Assembly (NCBI GenBank): GCA_037447605.1
Contig: CM074807.1
Location: 2,614,327 to 2,678,326 of the forward strand
Reading direction: 5' to 3'
Source: Zygnema circumcarinatum SAG 698-1b
Lineage: Eukaryota > Plantae > Zygnematophyceae
Length of the DNA: 64,000 bases
The position numbers and the translations under genes were made by a program. The notes beneath the pieces are model-generated. The model made no database searches. It saw only the letters and a list, made by a program, of their open reading frames with translations, and was not told the origin of the DNA. Position 1 is the first letter of the stretch. Each line of letters opens with the position of its first letter. Positions 1 to 15,000 of this stretch are shown here, in pieces.

Positions 1-3000
1 TGATGCCGTTCATCACTCTGCCTCGTAGCAGATCAAAGACCCACTGTCAAAGACCGACCAAATGAGCAGGAAAACGAAACGAAACGTGAAGAAGCGTGCA
101 GACAGACATATTGTAGATCTGCAGTGATGCACTTGCAGTGAGAGAGCAAATTAGGCAACAGAGGGGAGGCTTACATTAGCTTATCGGTGAAACTGCAGAA
201 ATGGGGAAAAGATCCTGGAGAGTATGTACAGGTAGGATCAACTGGCAATTCCGCAGTCACAACGGGAACCTGCCCAACACCCTCTACCCGCCCGCATCTC
301 AAACTAACTCTTCTAAACAAAATAGTGAAGGTAGAGAAAACAATCGCGGCTCTGCTCTCACGAACAGAGTAGAACCACCCTCATCATCCTCATCTCTGAA
401 TCACGAATGTGGTGGCAGTCGTCCACTGCGACAACAACGAATTCAAGGCCACGACGATCAAAAGGACTTTTCACGATTGCAAGGTCTCACCAAATTCAGC
501 TCTCGAATGGACCGCACATCACGGGGCATCGTTAGGGCTGGACCGCCAGTTCCTCTCTGTCAAGATCACTCCACATAAGGAACAGAAGCAGCATATTATC
601 GCCAGATGTTATTGAACTACATTTTGCACTCCAACCCTGCCACTAATCTCCGTTGAAAAGTAAAGGGAAGCTTTAGTTTGGAGAACATGGCTGTTACCGT
701 CTCAAGCTCCGCCAACCGAATGTACACCTCGATCATCTGCTGCATCTGCACATTCACACCATTCTCTGCCTCCTTCAGCTGCCGAAAGCAGCAATCCCTG
801 CTTGAGTGCGAGGGCTTTCAGACCCATCAAGCTTCTCATCAGGCCTGTAGGGAGGGAGAGGGGGAGCGAGAGAGAGGGGAGGAGAGAGAGAGGGGTTCAC
901 CTGTGCAAGCAGTGGGGCGTGGCGAGAGCGCAGAGAGCGCAAGACAGTGAGAGCCGCTTCCTTTTTTTCGGGATCGACCACAAAAGCACTTCTAGTCATG
1001 CGCTTGTCCGGAACGCGGTCACCATTTGCCAGGGCGAGCAGCTGTTCCCAAGAAGGGAGGGCCCTTTGGTGGGTCGGATATGAGTCTCACACAGGAGAGT
1101 GAGGGAGGGGTCTCTTTCTGCAGCTTTGGAGTTACTGTCAGAACTTACCTGGTTGAGTGTGTGGTAAGGATGCTCGTTCGCCATTTTGATCACGAGCTTC
1201 ATAAGGACGACCTGGAACGGGAGACGGCCATTTGCTGATGTCAAAACCTTCTAATGACAGAGGCGTGTTCAGCAGCTGCGCTCTGCCTTGTTTCAGCTTT
1301 TTCAGCAGCATATCATTCTCAAGGGTAGAAAAGGCATGCTTTGACTTTTAGGAGATACGGACCCTCACCTGAAATTCACTGTTTGTTGAATTGGCCATGC
1401 GTGAGGCAAGCTGATAGACCAATGGAAGGAACTTGCGAGAGGCAACCTACAGTCACACACCAGCGAAAGGTCATACAACATGCAGAGGATTGTCGCAGTT
1501 CTGAGAGAGGTACAGAGACGTTGTCAATGCCCCCACCTGCTCAGTTGTCCTCAGCATCGCCTGCGCCATCTCCGGAGAAGCTGCTAACTCGAACCAAATG
1601 GCTACGAGTCGAAACATCTGCCAAACATTCGGCTCAGTGAGCTTCCAGTACGAAGCTCGATCAAGCATGGCTCTGTGTAGGTGTTTTAGGCATTACTAAT
1701 TTACAGTTGAGGAATATGTAAGGCATGGCAAGGCAGCAGACTTACAGCTCGGATGTCATATTTATCGCCGGTCATAAGACTCTTGCGATAGCTGCTCACT
1801 GCCTGCAGCAACACGGCATCTTTATCTTCCTGCCCTCCCAGAATGGGCAGCCAATATTCAACGGCCTCAGAATTTGCCTCGGCTGCTGTTATCAGTAAGA
1901 ATTCCTCGTTTGCAAGCCCGTTCGAATCACAATTTCCACTCCAGTTCGAAAGGCGGCAAAGGAATTATAGTAAAGTATGTGAAGCAGAGCTTAAAGAGAA
2001 AGGCTTTTATGTCCAAGAGATATTGGGTGCTTCCGTTCAGCGGTTTTTGTCCAGCTTTGGGGATTTGGATGCATCACTGTCCGAACGAGTACTCCTGCAG
2101 AGGATAAGGCTCAGTGGTGGTCCACCTTTAGGCGCCGATCCTCCTCATCATCTAATGCCAACTGCTTGCTCAACTCCCTCCCACGATACTCCAAAGCTCT
2201 ACGAGCCTCCTCCTACCGTCATCCCGAAGAAGCTGCTGCCATTCAGCTGCTAGAAACATCCATGGGTGAAGAATAGCAGAACAAGACGCATATTCACATG
2301 TTCAATTCCTGCAATTCCTGGAGTCACACTTACGGCCTCATGGTGCCACCCAAACTCACAACGACAAAGGGTCTCCGGTTGCCTCCAAGAGGAATCTCAC
2401 TGTGCAAATGACATTAGCTGTTTCCTCCTTTCAAGCTTACCACTTTGATGGTCTTCAGGCGTCTTTGAATAGCTTCAAGCTCCTTCCTCTGCTCCCATAT
2501 TTGCGCAGTCAATGAATAGCAAAGGCTTTTCTTCTGTTGTTAGCCATATTGCCAAGCTCCGAGGCTTCGCTCGCACACTGTTTTTTTCTCCAGCATCTCA
2601 TTAGCCTCTACACCCTTTCCGCATAGTTATCTCAAGGCAGCTGCCTACCTTGTGCTGCCGAACACTCTGAGCAGCTTGCCATTCACTGGAGTTGAGACGG
2701 GTCATGTAGCTGCGATAGAGCATGTCCGCATAATTGGCAGCACGGAAATGCATAGAGCACTGCTGCTGCCTCCATGGGGACTTCACCAAAGTACAGGGTT
2801 GAGGCTCGCTGGGCTGTGCCACAAGCTCATCCGAGAGACTGGCAGCTCGGTGCAGATATTGGTCGAGAATCACACGGGAGCTGCACTAATGCGACCATGG
2901 AGTCAATGGAGCTGCCTCTTGTTGATACCTCCGTACTAAAGTCGAGCTTCACCGCCAACAAAAACTTCACAAAAGCGTGTTCATGTTCATGGATACATGT

Positions 3001-6000
3001 CATGTGTCAATCAGGAAAGCACCTACCTGAGAGAGCGAGTTGCTGCAAGCCACTTGCCAGCACGCGAGAGCATATAGGCTGTATGGTGGGTCTGCGAGCA
3101 TAGGTGCTGTAAAGCATGAAGCACAAGACTGACCGCCATCTCCTGCTGTCCACGTATCCACATCAGCTTGCCCTCCTCTACCTGCCAATCCCACCCCAGA
3201 AAAAGTTGTAGCACGCAATAGTGTGCAACAGAAAATGGCAAGTGGCTTGCGGAAAGCATTCGAATATTAGAAGAGTTTAAGTTTCTTACTCGTCCTGCCA
3301 GAAGAGCAGACTCCAAAGCTTCCTTTCTATCCCCATTCAGCTCGCTGAGCTCGCTCTCACGTGCCAGTTGGCCGCATACATGCTTCAATTCCTCTACTGC
3401 GCTCCCAGCTTGACTTAGTCTGCTAGCCTGCAATTTTCTCCCCATCCCCTTGATAGACTTGAAGAAGGGTAGCAAAAATTTTGGCCTTTCGCCATATGGC
3501 CTTCACTGCAGATTGGAAAAGAAAATCAGCCGCAGCAGACAACATCGAAGAGACAATAGCTGCAAATTCATAGAGAAGTCTGAGCTTACCCACCAAACCA
3601 CGTAGAGAAAGGAGAGGAAAATACCTTTCTGGCAACTCCAGCGACTCGGCAAAGATGGTGAGGCAGACAGTCTTTAAGCTGCAAGAGTTTTAGCAACACT
3701 GTACGCACTGCCAGCAGGGGGTCCAACAGGTCATAGCGACCCTGCAGCTGAGCCGACTCCTTGAAATCTTGTATCTGCTTACATACACGTTTGCTTCACG
3801 CTCATTAACCCCTCGGATCATGCATCCAACAGAGCTGCAAAGAAAAAAAAAGATATTTCTGTATGCAACACTTTCGACCGGTTCAGTTTAGCATTACTGT
3901 ACTAGCTCACACCAAACCTGTTTACCTGCTTTGCAGCCTTTCCCTCATCGCGGAGATGCTGTGTGGAAAGTGCTGGCCAGCGAGCAGGCCATGCGTCGGC
4001 GACTTCATCCAATACCTGCAAGAGGATCGATATAAGTAACTGAGGAAACAATGTAGGAGCTGTACGGTTTCTCTCCCATTGTTCGGTGGAGGTAAAGGTC
4101 AGTCTACCTGCAATTTGACAATGGCGAGGTTGATCGCATGCATACTTTCCATGCTCCCTTGAGCGACAGATGTCACGACTACCTGCCCCCCCTCCCGCAG
4201 TGGCAGGCACAGTCAGCTTCATGTAGTGATTGGAAATGAAGGAGCACAGAGGACAGGGAGTCAAACACAGGAAAAAGAACGATAACGTCATAATCCACAT
4301 ACAATGGGTTTGAATCAGACAGAAACGAATGCGAAACAGATTAAAAAAAAAAAAAAATCGGGACAGAATCGGATCTGGAAAAAAGGATGCAGAGCGGTAC
4401 GACTGAGTAAATGCCACAGAGCTTCTCGTGTAAAGAAGATTGGGAATGTGAAGGGAACTTCAGATCTCAAACAGAAGTGAAAGGTGTAGCTTACTACAAA
4501 CACAAAGAGTTCCTTAATTCCTTCTCGAAGGGAACAAGCCGCTAATAGTTTGAAAAAAAAAAAAAAAAAGTTGAGACACTGATGATAGAGGTCACACTTT
4601 GCTCAATATAGGGAGATGAGAAGATAGCTTCTGTTCAGAGTCACATACTCCCCCGCGAGTAAATTCTACTGAGAACGAGAAAGCCTTGAAGACACAAGCC
4701 ATGCAGGAATTATAGAAGTTAGACCTGCCGAGCTTGCTTCAGTCCTCCCCCAAAGCGATCCCCGTCTCCTTCCGCAAGGGCTGCAAGGGAGCTGCAGACA
4801 TTCCACAGCAGGCAGCACCTTCATCAGCTTATGCACTGCCCTCCGTGAAAACTCACTGTGTACCAGTCTCCATATCACAGCATTTGTTAGCAATTCCGAT
4901 AACGAGAAACTGGGTTGCCTGGCAAGGGCATTTTGTCTCAAAGGCTCCACCTGTACAAAGCAGAATGATATCCAACACTCGTCTGGGGGTCTCGCAGGGC
5001 TCCTCCTCCCGCATCCCACTTTCCGGACCGCCAAGCAGCTTCAAACTATCTCCACAGCAACAAACAGACCGATTCAAGAAGCGAGATTAGTGTCATGACA
5101 ATAAAGATGCAGAATAGAAACAGCAAAAGGACCACCCGTGCATAGTCTGAGGGGGAAGGGCCTCCTAAGGGGGACGAAGCTGCGTATACGTTATTTTCTC
5201 ACCTGCAGCTCCGCAAAACTATCGGCAATGCCATGAGTGGATTGATTGAGCCCTTGGCGATATGTGTCCAGCACATGCAGGCAGCCCATGTTCTTTAGGG
5301 CCTCTCCTATGCCCACATGTGAGGATAGAGGGGTCATAGTCTCAGCATGGAGGGCCGCCCCTTGAGGAGACCTGGAAGGGATATTGGTTCTGCTCCCAAT
5401 TAAGTCGCAGGTCGCAAGGACCTCATCCCAGCGGCCCTCATGCTTGGTGAGAGCAAGACGGGCCATTACCTGCGACGAGCATTTGGAAGAATGCCTTATT
5501 GGAAGAAAAATACTAGTTTTTTCCCAATGAAAAGAATCGTTTGAGACTCTGTGGGGATACAAACGTTCAAGACCCACCACTTGTGGGAGGATGTTCCCTA
5601 AATCGAATGAAGAACTTGCCTTGTTTGTACGCGCGACACCATAAATGCCATCGGGCTCATTAATCTTTGAATAGGCATCAAGAAGTAGTTGCTCGTGGAG
5701 AGGCACCTGGACAAGCCCATGCAGGAACAAAGTGACTGCCTTATAATTTTGACGTTGTTCGGTGCATGCATTCAAAGCTTATTGCGCTGCAGCATGCTCA
5801 GATGTAGCAGAAGCATGTTTAACTGATGGAATTCGGGCTTTGCCACTCACAGGAGTTTCATCGGAGAAGTCAGGGTCTCCAAGTGTGAGGCAGCCAAACT
5901 TTTCCTCACACCAATGCTCTACATAGAGTATGGAAGTGAACACGGCTGCACATCTCTGCACCACCAACACGTCCAATATTTGAAATGTTCGAAATTACCT

Positions 6001-9000
6001 CGCACCGTTTGCTGGATAAAATGAGGATGCGCCCTGTAAAGATACCTGTGCTGCTCTTGCTGCGACCAAATAGTCGATACTCAGCCAGTAGACCTGCATA
6101 TCAAGCTCCTGTGAGTCAGTCTCAGCAATACAGAGTGCAAGTTAACATGGTTGGCAAGCCATCATCAACATTGGTAAAGTTTCCTCGATTTTGAACCATT
6201 TTGCTCCAAGCTCGTCCTTACATCCTATAGCCATTAGTGCGATACAGCTCACCACCCCTACAAGTCTCACTGAGACGATGCTAGAGAAGGTTCTGACCTT
6301 CTTCCATGTGCTGGGAGATACTCCACAACCTTCATGCTCTCCACTTGAGTGTCCATTCATTGAACCGCCAGTATTCGGGCTCTCACTCTGAACAATTCAC
6401 CCAAAAGATTTCATTTCAATATAACACCGACGAAACAACAGAAGCAGAACGGAGGAATGAAGGTGAAGCACTAGACATGAAGAACAAAGGACGGGAGGAC
6501 TTGAATCTGCAAATTGAGTTCTTTTCACTAGTCCTATGTCTCAGAGAGGCCATTGAATAAAATCTGTACGGACTCTCTTGAACTCTGCACATGATCATGT
6601 GGTAATTCAGCTGCTTGCCGAAAGAGATCCCCTCCTGCGCTTTGAGGCCGAGGTTGGCGTCATGAGAGATAACACGTAGCAATGTCGCAGCTTATTCATG
6701 GAATCCATCACCAGCTGCACTGCCCTTATGCTCGCATGTGCGTCACACAGCACATGCTCTTCCACCTGCATATGGCAGAGATATAGGGGTGATTCACGAA
6801 ACTGTGCAGGCAGTTTAAAGCAGAAAGTTTGGTATTAACTTAATTGTATTGACAGGTGGTAAATCAAATTGAACAAAAGAAACTAAATGTTATTCGATCA
6901 ACGCTCGCACTCAAGGTAAACCTGCGATGGCTGCGATTGCAGAACAAGTGAGAAAGGTCCCGACCAAATACACGGAGTCTTTGCCAGGGGGCTAAAACCA
7001 ACCTGAGCTGAAATCATGGAGCACAGCGATTCGTTTGACCCGGATCGTCCTGCAATGTCACCAAGCACATGGGGGAAGGCCATCTCGGCAAAAGCCGCCT
7101 TTCGCTTCGCTATTGCCTGGCAAAGTCTGTGCGCGAAGACAAAAGCAAATTTGGCATTAGATCCACTTTCAACGCACATGAAATTCGGACAAACACAGGC
7201 AGAAGCAGCACTGAAAAAATGAGCTCCTGACAAAACAATAAAACTTCAAGCAAAGGGGACAAGGATAAGGGGACCAAGGCAAGCGGTAGCTTACCTCAAA
7301 AGGGGATCGTGACTTTGCCTCAGCAGTGCATGCACCACGTTGCACACCCAATCCTCGTACAGTTGCTGCCTTGTACTCCATGTTCTTGCATCCTTTATGT
7401 CTGCCACTTCTGCAAGGCAGCGAGTTGGACGTCAGAACTGGAACAGGGGCTCGGAAATGAGTGAGCGATGAACCAACCGCTAAGAACATGCAGTTGGTTG
7501 AGGCCAAACAGTTTATAGTTTACCCTGATCTTGCCATGCAAGAGGTTCAATCATGCGTTCCAGTCTTTGAGGAGTGCAGCTCTTGCAGTGCACCTGAAAG
7601 CCCCTCAAATCTCCCCACCGATGTTCAAAGCAATCAGCAGAACGAATGCGCCTTTACTTGTCACAATGGAGAAGCAGCTCGAACACTACAAGTTTCAAAC
7701 AACTGAGATAGAAAGGATGCTAATAGAAGCAGCAATAGTGTCTCGAATTCAAAAGTAATAGCACCTTAAGTGAACACATGCAGTGATTCGTCGAGAAGTG
7801 ACTAATCGCGACTGTATACACGATATTTGCTTAATACATAACAAAATGCATAGATGAAACGTAGGTCTCGAATGTATTGAAATTGGACAAGCCATCCATA
7901 GTCAAATAGAAAAACAAACTTCCTGGCCAAACAGCAAAGGATACAGCCTGAGGTGTAAACTCTTCTAACTAACTACCGTAAATCTTTTGGATAGTTTCCG
8001 ATTGATCGTAAGTGCAGAGACATACGAAAGGAGCAAGCCAGGTGGTACGTGGCAGTAGCGCAACGTACCTCCATGTAGAGCTTCTCTTCTCCTGACAAGT
8101 TTGAGAATGCGTCTTGGCCTTTCTCTGTTGCGAGTAGACCCTGCAAGCAAAACGGGAACATTGCAATAACGAACGAAAGTTCAAAAACTATTAGACTTGC
8201 AACTAGCGTTGGAGATAGAGCGCGCTCATTACAAATTGAATTCAGATTTAATTCAACTTAGACACACCTGCCAGAGAATCACGCACCCAGGATTTGAAGT
8301 GAGCACTTTGTACCTGAAGTGTCCTTGTAGAAATCTCAATGATCTGCACATCGTGGTCGACCAAAAACGAATCCAATTGCAAGAGAGCCCTCCTGACAAA
8401 GCTTTTATCCACTCCCAATTGCGAGTCTGTGCTGATCCCTTCGCCTGCTTGTGCTCCTTTCACAACATCATCATCGATGTGAAAGGAGACAGCTCCTGAA
8501 TCCCAGATACCCACCTGCAAGCCCATCCATACCATCGTCAGTCAACCTCCTCCGACGTGGGTTACATGTCATTTGAATGCTAGGATGGCAATGCGGATGC
8601 GCAGGAAGCAAGGGAGTTGAGCTCACTGCAGCAAGCAGTTGGCCCGCCATATCGCACATCTCATCATCGCGTTCTCCGCCACAGAGCTTCACCAGCCGCC
8701 ATACAGCGGCAACGACATCGGGACGGTGGGACATTTTCAGATGACCCTTCACTGAGTCTTCTGGTTGCTGCAGCTCTTCCTTGCGGAACTTGAGTTCATT
8801 GCACAGATATCGCAAACTGCACATAGAAGCGACATAGGCTTGAGACGGCGACAAGCACCTTGTGGGATTGGAAAATGACCGCTAAAGCACCTAAAGTTTC
8901 AGCCACCTGGAGGATTACTGTCAATGTGAAAATCGATACACCATAAAGCGAAGCAATACGAGTTCTCCTGTAAAATTATTCAAGTTCATTTCGTGTACAT

Positions 9001-12000
9001 ACATCAAACATACTCCATGGGCCACTAGCGTCTTCCACAGAATTTTCGCTGCCACTGATCTCAACAGTACCTTCGTCTACGAAGCCCAGGAGATGCTTGC
9101 GGTGCTCGCCGAGCAAACTGCGATCCAAGATAAGGAAGGAAGGAATAAGCTCGATGACTTCATGCTTGAGATCATCGTGAAAACTTTGGGGGGGGGGGGG
9201 GGGTTTGCAAGCTATGAGAAGCATTTCAGCACACTTGCGTACCTGCACAAGCTCATCGGTCAGGCTAAGGCCAGTTCGAAGGGCAGAGTGCAACGATCGC
9301 ATGCCCTCGAACTGAAGGGTGTTTGGAAATGCATCTAGCTCCTGTATAACATAAAGCAGAACGAGAACAGAGTTGAAACAGGATTCCCACGTTTAGCATT
9401 TCTCGGACGTGTTCCGTGTTATATAGGCGTTTCAGAAGTGGAAGTCGAATGGCAAGGATTTGAAACACGACGAGTCCTATTTAAGAGGCTCGAGAAAAGT
9501 AAAAAATCTGAAGGAATAATGCAGGTCAGGCAACTAAGACGTTTTTTGATAGTATAACGCCACGCGAGAATACGAAGGCCGGCACAAGAAATTATCTACA
9601 ATCTATCTAACTAACTATCTAGGAAGAGCAATTCTCGCTTCCAGCTTACAAGACACTGCACCCGTTTTTGTAAAAGCGGCCACATGCGTCTGGGGAATAG
9701 GAAAACCCGTAGAGACTGTTTCAAATAGCATTGAAAAAATCTTCTCAATCACAGACTTAAATCCTTCAGAGTCCCTTGCCGGAAGGGAACTACATTTTTC
9801 CTCAAGACAGGGTCCATCGCCCTACAGGGGAGCTCCTAAGGTATCGCCCGACTGTCCACAATCTATCTGCAGATGAATGAACTTTGCTGTCCTGAAGTCC
9901 AATAAGTCCTCCATGAAAGACTCCATTCAGAACAAAGAGTTCATCCTTACCTTACTCTTCGATTTCCCAGTACATCCAATATTTTACTGAACAGTAAAAA
10001 CAACGGCCCAAGGCAAATGCTCTATCCTTTTCCATCGGACTCATTCCTTTGATTGACTTTAATTGTACCAGTTCTAGTCAAAGCAAACTTGAGGTAAAAA
10101 ACGGCAGCTGGGAATGCTGATGGCAGTTTGTACCTTGATGTACTTGTGAAGCTGCACATGGCCTCTAACAGTGAGCTGCTCAAGCAGTTCCCATACAAAA
10201 GGCGAGATAGGAACCCCTTCAGCACTTTGAGGAATCGCAGCGCTCCGATCGTCGTACTCGCTTTGACGGCCATGCAGTGTGCAGGCCACAAGTTTAGACA
10301 CTATCGGCTGCATGGAGAAAAGCATCCCAATACCCGGAATCGGTGAAACGAAGTTAGACCACTTAAACTTGGAAGTCAGTCTCAGTCGAGCAGCCCATCT
10401 TCGGCTTTCCCCAGTCCTCAAAGACATAGTTTCATTTGTAAAGAGAACTCAGAAAACTGTATCAGACCCTAGTCACAAGTGAAGCCATTCCTTACCGATG
10501 CTTTAGTGTAGGTATATATCGGAAAGAGTTTATGCTATATTCCCTTCACATCTGAGATCAAGTGAGTTAGACCATCTATACCTGCAGTTGGTGTCCTACA
10601 GTTGGTCCGAAGAGGGCTGAAGAGCTTCTCTCGACGGACCCTAGCAGAGCCTGCAGAATGCGGCAGCAGTCTTCCTGCAACAGGGGGTCCTCGATACACT
10701 GCAGCAGAATATGCACAATATATCTGCACACGATGTGCTTCAATGCATGATCAGTCATGACAAAAGGTACAACAACTAGTTTTTACAAGAATCAGTCAGT
10801 TGCCCGTGCTATGAACCGTGAGGTTGACAAGCATCACATGTAGAGCAGCACTACCGGAAAGTGCTTGGGGCAGCGACACGGAGGTCCAACACTTCGATTA
10901 AGGCAGCGAGGCCGGCCAGATAGTGCCTCTTATGGCGGCCATGATTGGCTTTTTGAATCTCCATGTGCAGTTGCAGTAGAAGCTGCAGCATACAACAGGA
11001 TTCACCACCGTTAAGCCATGAAATCAGGGGCACGAGCAGGCTGGAGTATCCTCACCCTCTTTTCTCGTAAGAAAATTCACCCCTCAGAACCTGAGAACGA
11101 GGCACGATCTGCAGCTTCTCTTCAGAAAGAAGCATGTAAACGTATTTGCAGAGATAAGAAAGAACAGTGATGCTGACATACCGCAAAAGTTCGGTCTGCA
11201 CGGAAGACTTTCATGGGATCCACAAGGCCTCGTGGTTTTGCACGTAAAGTCGAATCAGTCTCAACGCTGCAGTGAAACGACGACCAGAATCAGATACACA
11301 ATGATGTGTACATTGATAGGCGATTTGCAGACATCATTGATCTATGTCATAGTCTACATTTGCTCAGGGAGCAGTTGGCAAGCAGAAGTGCGCACCTTTC
11401 AACAAAGCCATCAACAAGCGTACATATGGCAGCCACAGTCGTTGCTGCAGAGCTGTAAGGGAAGTTAGGACGAGCTGCTGCGGAAGTTTGCTTCAGGAGG
11501 TGACTAACGATAGTGATCTGATGACAGCACAAGGAGGGCAACTCTCAGTACGATAGAGTCCCTCAGTACAATTTCTAGTCTACAAACCTTGAAACAAATA
11601 CTGGCTAGGCACTGGCTATAGACTCATATCTACTAGGACTATCGTCTGGGCTGCATTCATGCTGTCACGCACCATTCGTTTCCGAATCAGCTCATCGCGT
11701 TCCCCCTCAGTCAGGCCGCCTTTGTCAAGCATGGTCCCTTGAAGTATGTAAGCAGCTCGCTCTTGCTCCTTTCCGTCTTCGCTGCAGTGAAGAGGAAGTA
11801 GTGCTGCAAAAAGTTCCGTAAAGTTTTCTTTCACCAGTATCGCTGAAGTCCTGCCTGCAGCCTACAATGGAGGACACAACGTGGGAGATAAGACTGCAAC
11901 TCCTCGGCGGAAGTGTCCTTAAGCGATAGTCTACCACTATAATCAGCGAAAAAACTGTCCCTCTCCTTGAAACCAATCGGAGCTCACCTCGGCTAGCCAG

Positions 12001-15000
12001 TCGACCTCATCTAAGTGATCAATGAAGAAAAGCGACGGCAGAAGATGCGGACTGCAAGATCTCCAAAAGTCCTCCACATTCATTTTTGTTGTAAAAACCT
12101 CTTGGATCTGCACCCTTTGATTTCTTTCATCACAAAGGACGTCATATTTTTGCATAGCAGCTTCTGCCTTGAGGAATCTAGGGATTAGATATGAACTTGT
12201 ATGCCGTTACTCACTGTTAGCAAGGAAGCAAGGGCAGATCCTGATTGGACCCAGCTAGCCATAAGCTTCGGAATGTGCTGCGCCATCAACTGTCCCTTAA
12301 AAGCTCCCAGTCATTGAGATAAGTTTCTGTCCAAAACCCAATCACCGTACACCATGCGCTGCAACTACGCTACTTGGTACGAGCATAAAGGCATTTGCCA
12401 TTTGTATCAGATGTCGAAATGTTCACATGCATACTGTAATGAATCCACAAGCCAAGCAGGTTCCCACTTAACAAAGTTCTTTGACTTAGTCTGGGATTCC
12501 AACATGGGCAAGCCAAGTAGATGAAAAGGTTTCCGACGAAGCGCACCTGCCATCTGTCTACGTAGGAAAGGCTGCGAGCAAGCTTGTCTAAAACAGCGCA
12601 CACAAGCGCCCTGCCAAACATGTGGAAACGTTAGAAGGGGGTGATGGGACTCTGGGCTCGGCTGGCAACTACAAGTAGGTAACTACCCGAGCTGCATCAT
12701 CAATAAGTGAACACGAGAACGTAAAGGTAAAGCAATCCGACTCGATGTATCCATACGCAAAGTGTCCACTCACTGAAGGCCCGTCGATGCAGCTTGTGCG
12801 CAAAGCATGAACACAACCTGCCCATCCATATGCAGTCACTAGCAAAATGAGCTCCTCATCCCAACTTGCTATAATGGAACCGTGTCTTCGCGAGCCCACT
12901 ATCGCTCTCAAATCCTTGAGCAGTAAGAGGTCACGCAATGAAAAGACGCCAGTTCACGATCCCCACTGGTTTTAACAAAACTCTTTTCATGCCCTCCGAG
13001 AGTACTATCATAAACGTGGAGGAAAGGTGGGGGTGAAGTGGGGAAGAAGGGGTGGGGGAGAGGAGGCGAAAGCCAGGGTTTGGCAAATCCATTGTGTCAT
13101 TGAAGATAAACAATATTTTGGCTCAGTCGGGCGTTAGACTGTATTATTTTTCACGTGTTCTACGAGGTGATCGAATTCGTGGCTGCCAAAAAACTCCTTA
13201 CCTCCGATTCCACATCGGCACTGGTTGATGCCACATTCCCAAGCATGATCGCAACTGTTTCTTGCAACGACCTTGGAACTTCTGACGTCTTTTTCATGTC
13301 CCATGCAGAAGAATTTTCCTTTTTCTGCATGTCAACAGCATCGGAGCTCACTCGCACCAGCTTCACACCGCAATGGCCTCTGCATCATAAACGGCATTCC
13401 CGTCCTACTATGTGAGCATTCAAATGTCGGAGTCTGCTTGAAGATCCATTTCATGCTCTTGACATGTGTACTTTCCTCAACAGACGTTTGACCTTATGAA
13501 TTCAGGCTTCGAATGTGATTCCAGACATCTTAGCTTCACAAGACTTAAATTGTATCGGTCTTTCCTGTTCAGCAAGTGACTCGGTTTCTCTGTCTCCCTC
13601 AGCTTGCCTTTAATCTGTACCCACTCAATGCGGATTCAGATTATTCTCACATGATATCCTCCAGCAGTCCCTCGTGTCCATCCCATATCTCAAACAACAC
13701 TGAGATTCGCTTTGCCATACGTAGCCGGACACGATACTCCAAGTCTTGGAGGAGGGGCAGAAAGGAGCTCTCTGCAAGCACCTGCCACCACAAATACTGC
13801 CTGTGAGAATCTGGACTGCCACATGATAAAACATCAAAAGCAAAGTAATCCAAATCGTCACGCAGAAAATGCATGATGGACCCTTTATTCTGACTGATGC
13901 GACTTACAGGAGCTTTACTACCGGGAGGAAATTTTCTGTAACCATGCCATCTTGGTTCCACTGAGATGAACAAAGCACCCAGAGAGGCATGACAGTCTAA
14001 ACAACAGATAAGAAACGGCTCTCACATTACTTACGATAGCTTCTATGGCTCGTATGCCCAGAATTCCTCTCATTGCAATATCATCAATTTGACTCGAGTG
14101 TGCTCGTCAAATACAACCGCATGATGTGGGCAACATACTAATCAGTCGTAGAATCCCAGAAATCATCATCAGCATGAAATGAAATTCACCAAAAAATTCA
14201 CCAAATTCATGTAAATCTTCCATGTCTCTGCAGAGAACAGACCTGGCCCTCACTTGGACACGCCTTCAGCAAGCTGTGCACTGCATCCACCAGCTGTATA
14301 CGGGAGGGCCAAAAGTGTAGCCGATGCTCAACGACTTGGTTAACCACCATTACAAGCCTCGCCATCATCTGCATTTCAGCACAGTTAAGTTTGGTTTGAT
14401 CACTCAGACTTTCACATCTTACTCCTTAAAAAGGTCAGGAGCGCGATAGAGCATGATTCAAGAAAGGAGCAAAGCGGACCACAAAAATACGTCAACCATA
14501 TTTTTCATGATCCAAAGGCGGGAATGACATAAAAAGTGTACCTCTTCGAAAGAACGTCCAAAGACAGTTCCAATGCTGTCTGAACCCAGAGCTCTGAGCT
14601 TAGAACATAGAGTTGTAAGGCTGCGCAAAATGGAAGCGCGACCACTTTCACTTGTTCGACACTCTCCCACAACCACTTCAAACGACTCTACCTGCATAAG
14701 AATCGAGCTGTCATGTTGTGAGGACAAAAGACGCTTGGATGGATGGACCACAACGCCTTCCTTTCACACATCCAAGCATAAAAAAGTCCATATGTAACCA
14801 ATCCACCCTAGCCCTTGTCAGAAGGACTTTCTGAAAAAAGTCAGCGATCCTCTTCATGACTGTGCTTGATGTGTCAAGCAGATGAGAGCAATGGGTGCAG
14901 TCACAGGCATGGGGGAGGGAGAACTGACCAGCAGAGATAGATGTTCCTTAGTGAAATCTTGAACAAGGTCACACAGACCAGCTAGGACCTCCAGGCGAAA

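Noticed and set aside
7936-7944. Perfect U12 donor consensus GTATCCTTT on the ATM strand
   Set aside because: It lies inside an intron already bounded by GT (8068) and TTTCAG (~7595) that gives the expected LYME|VHCK junction.
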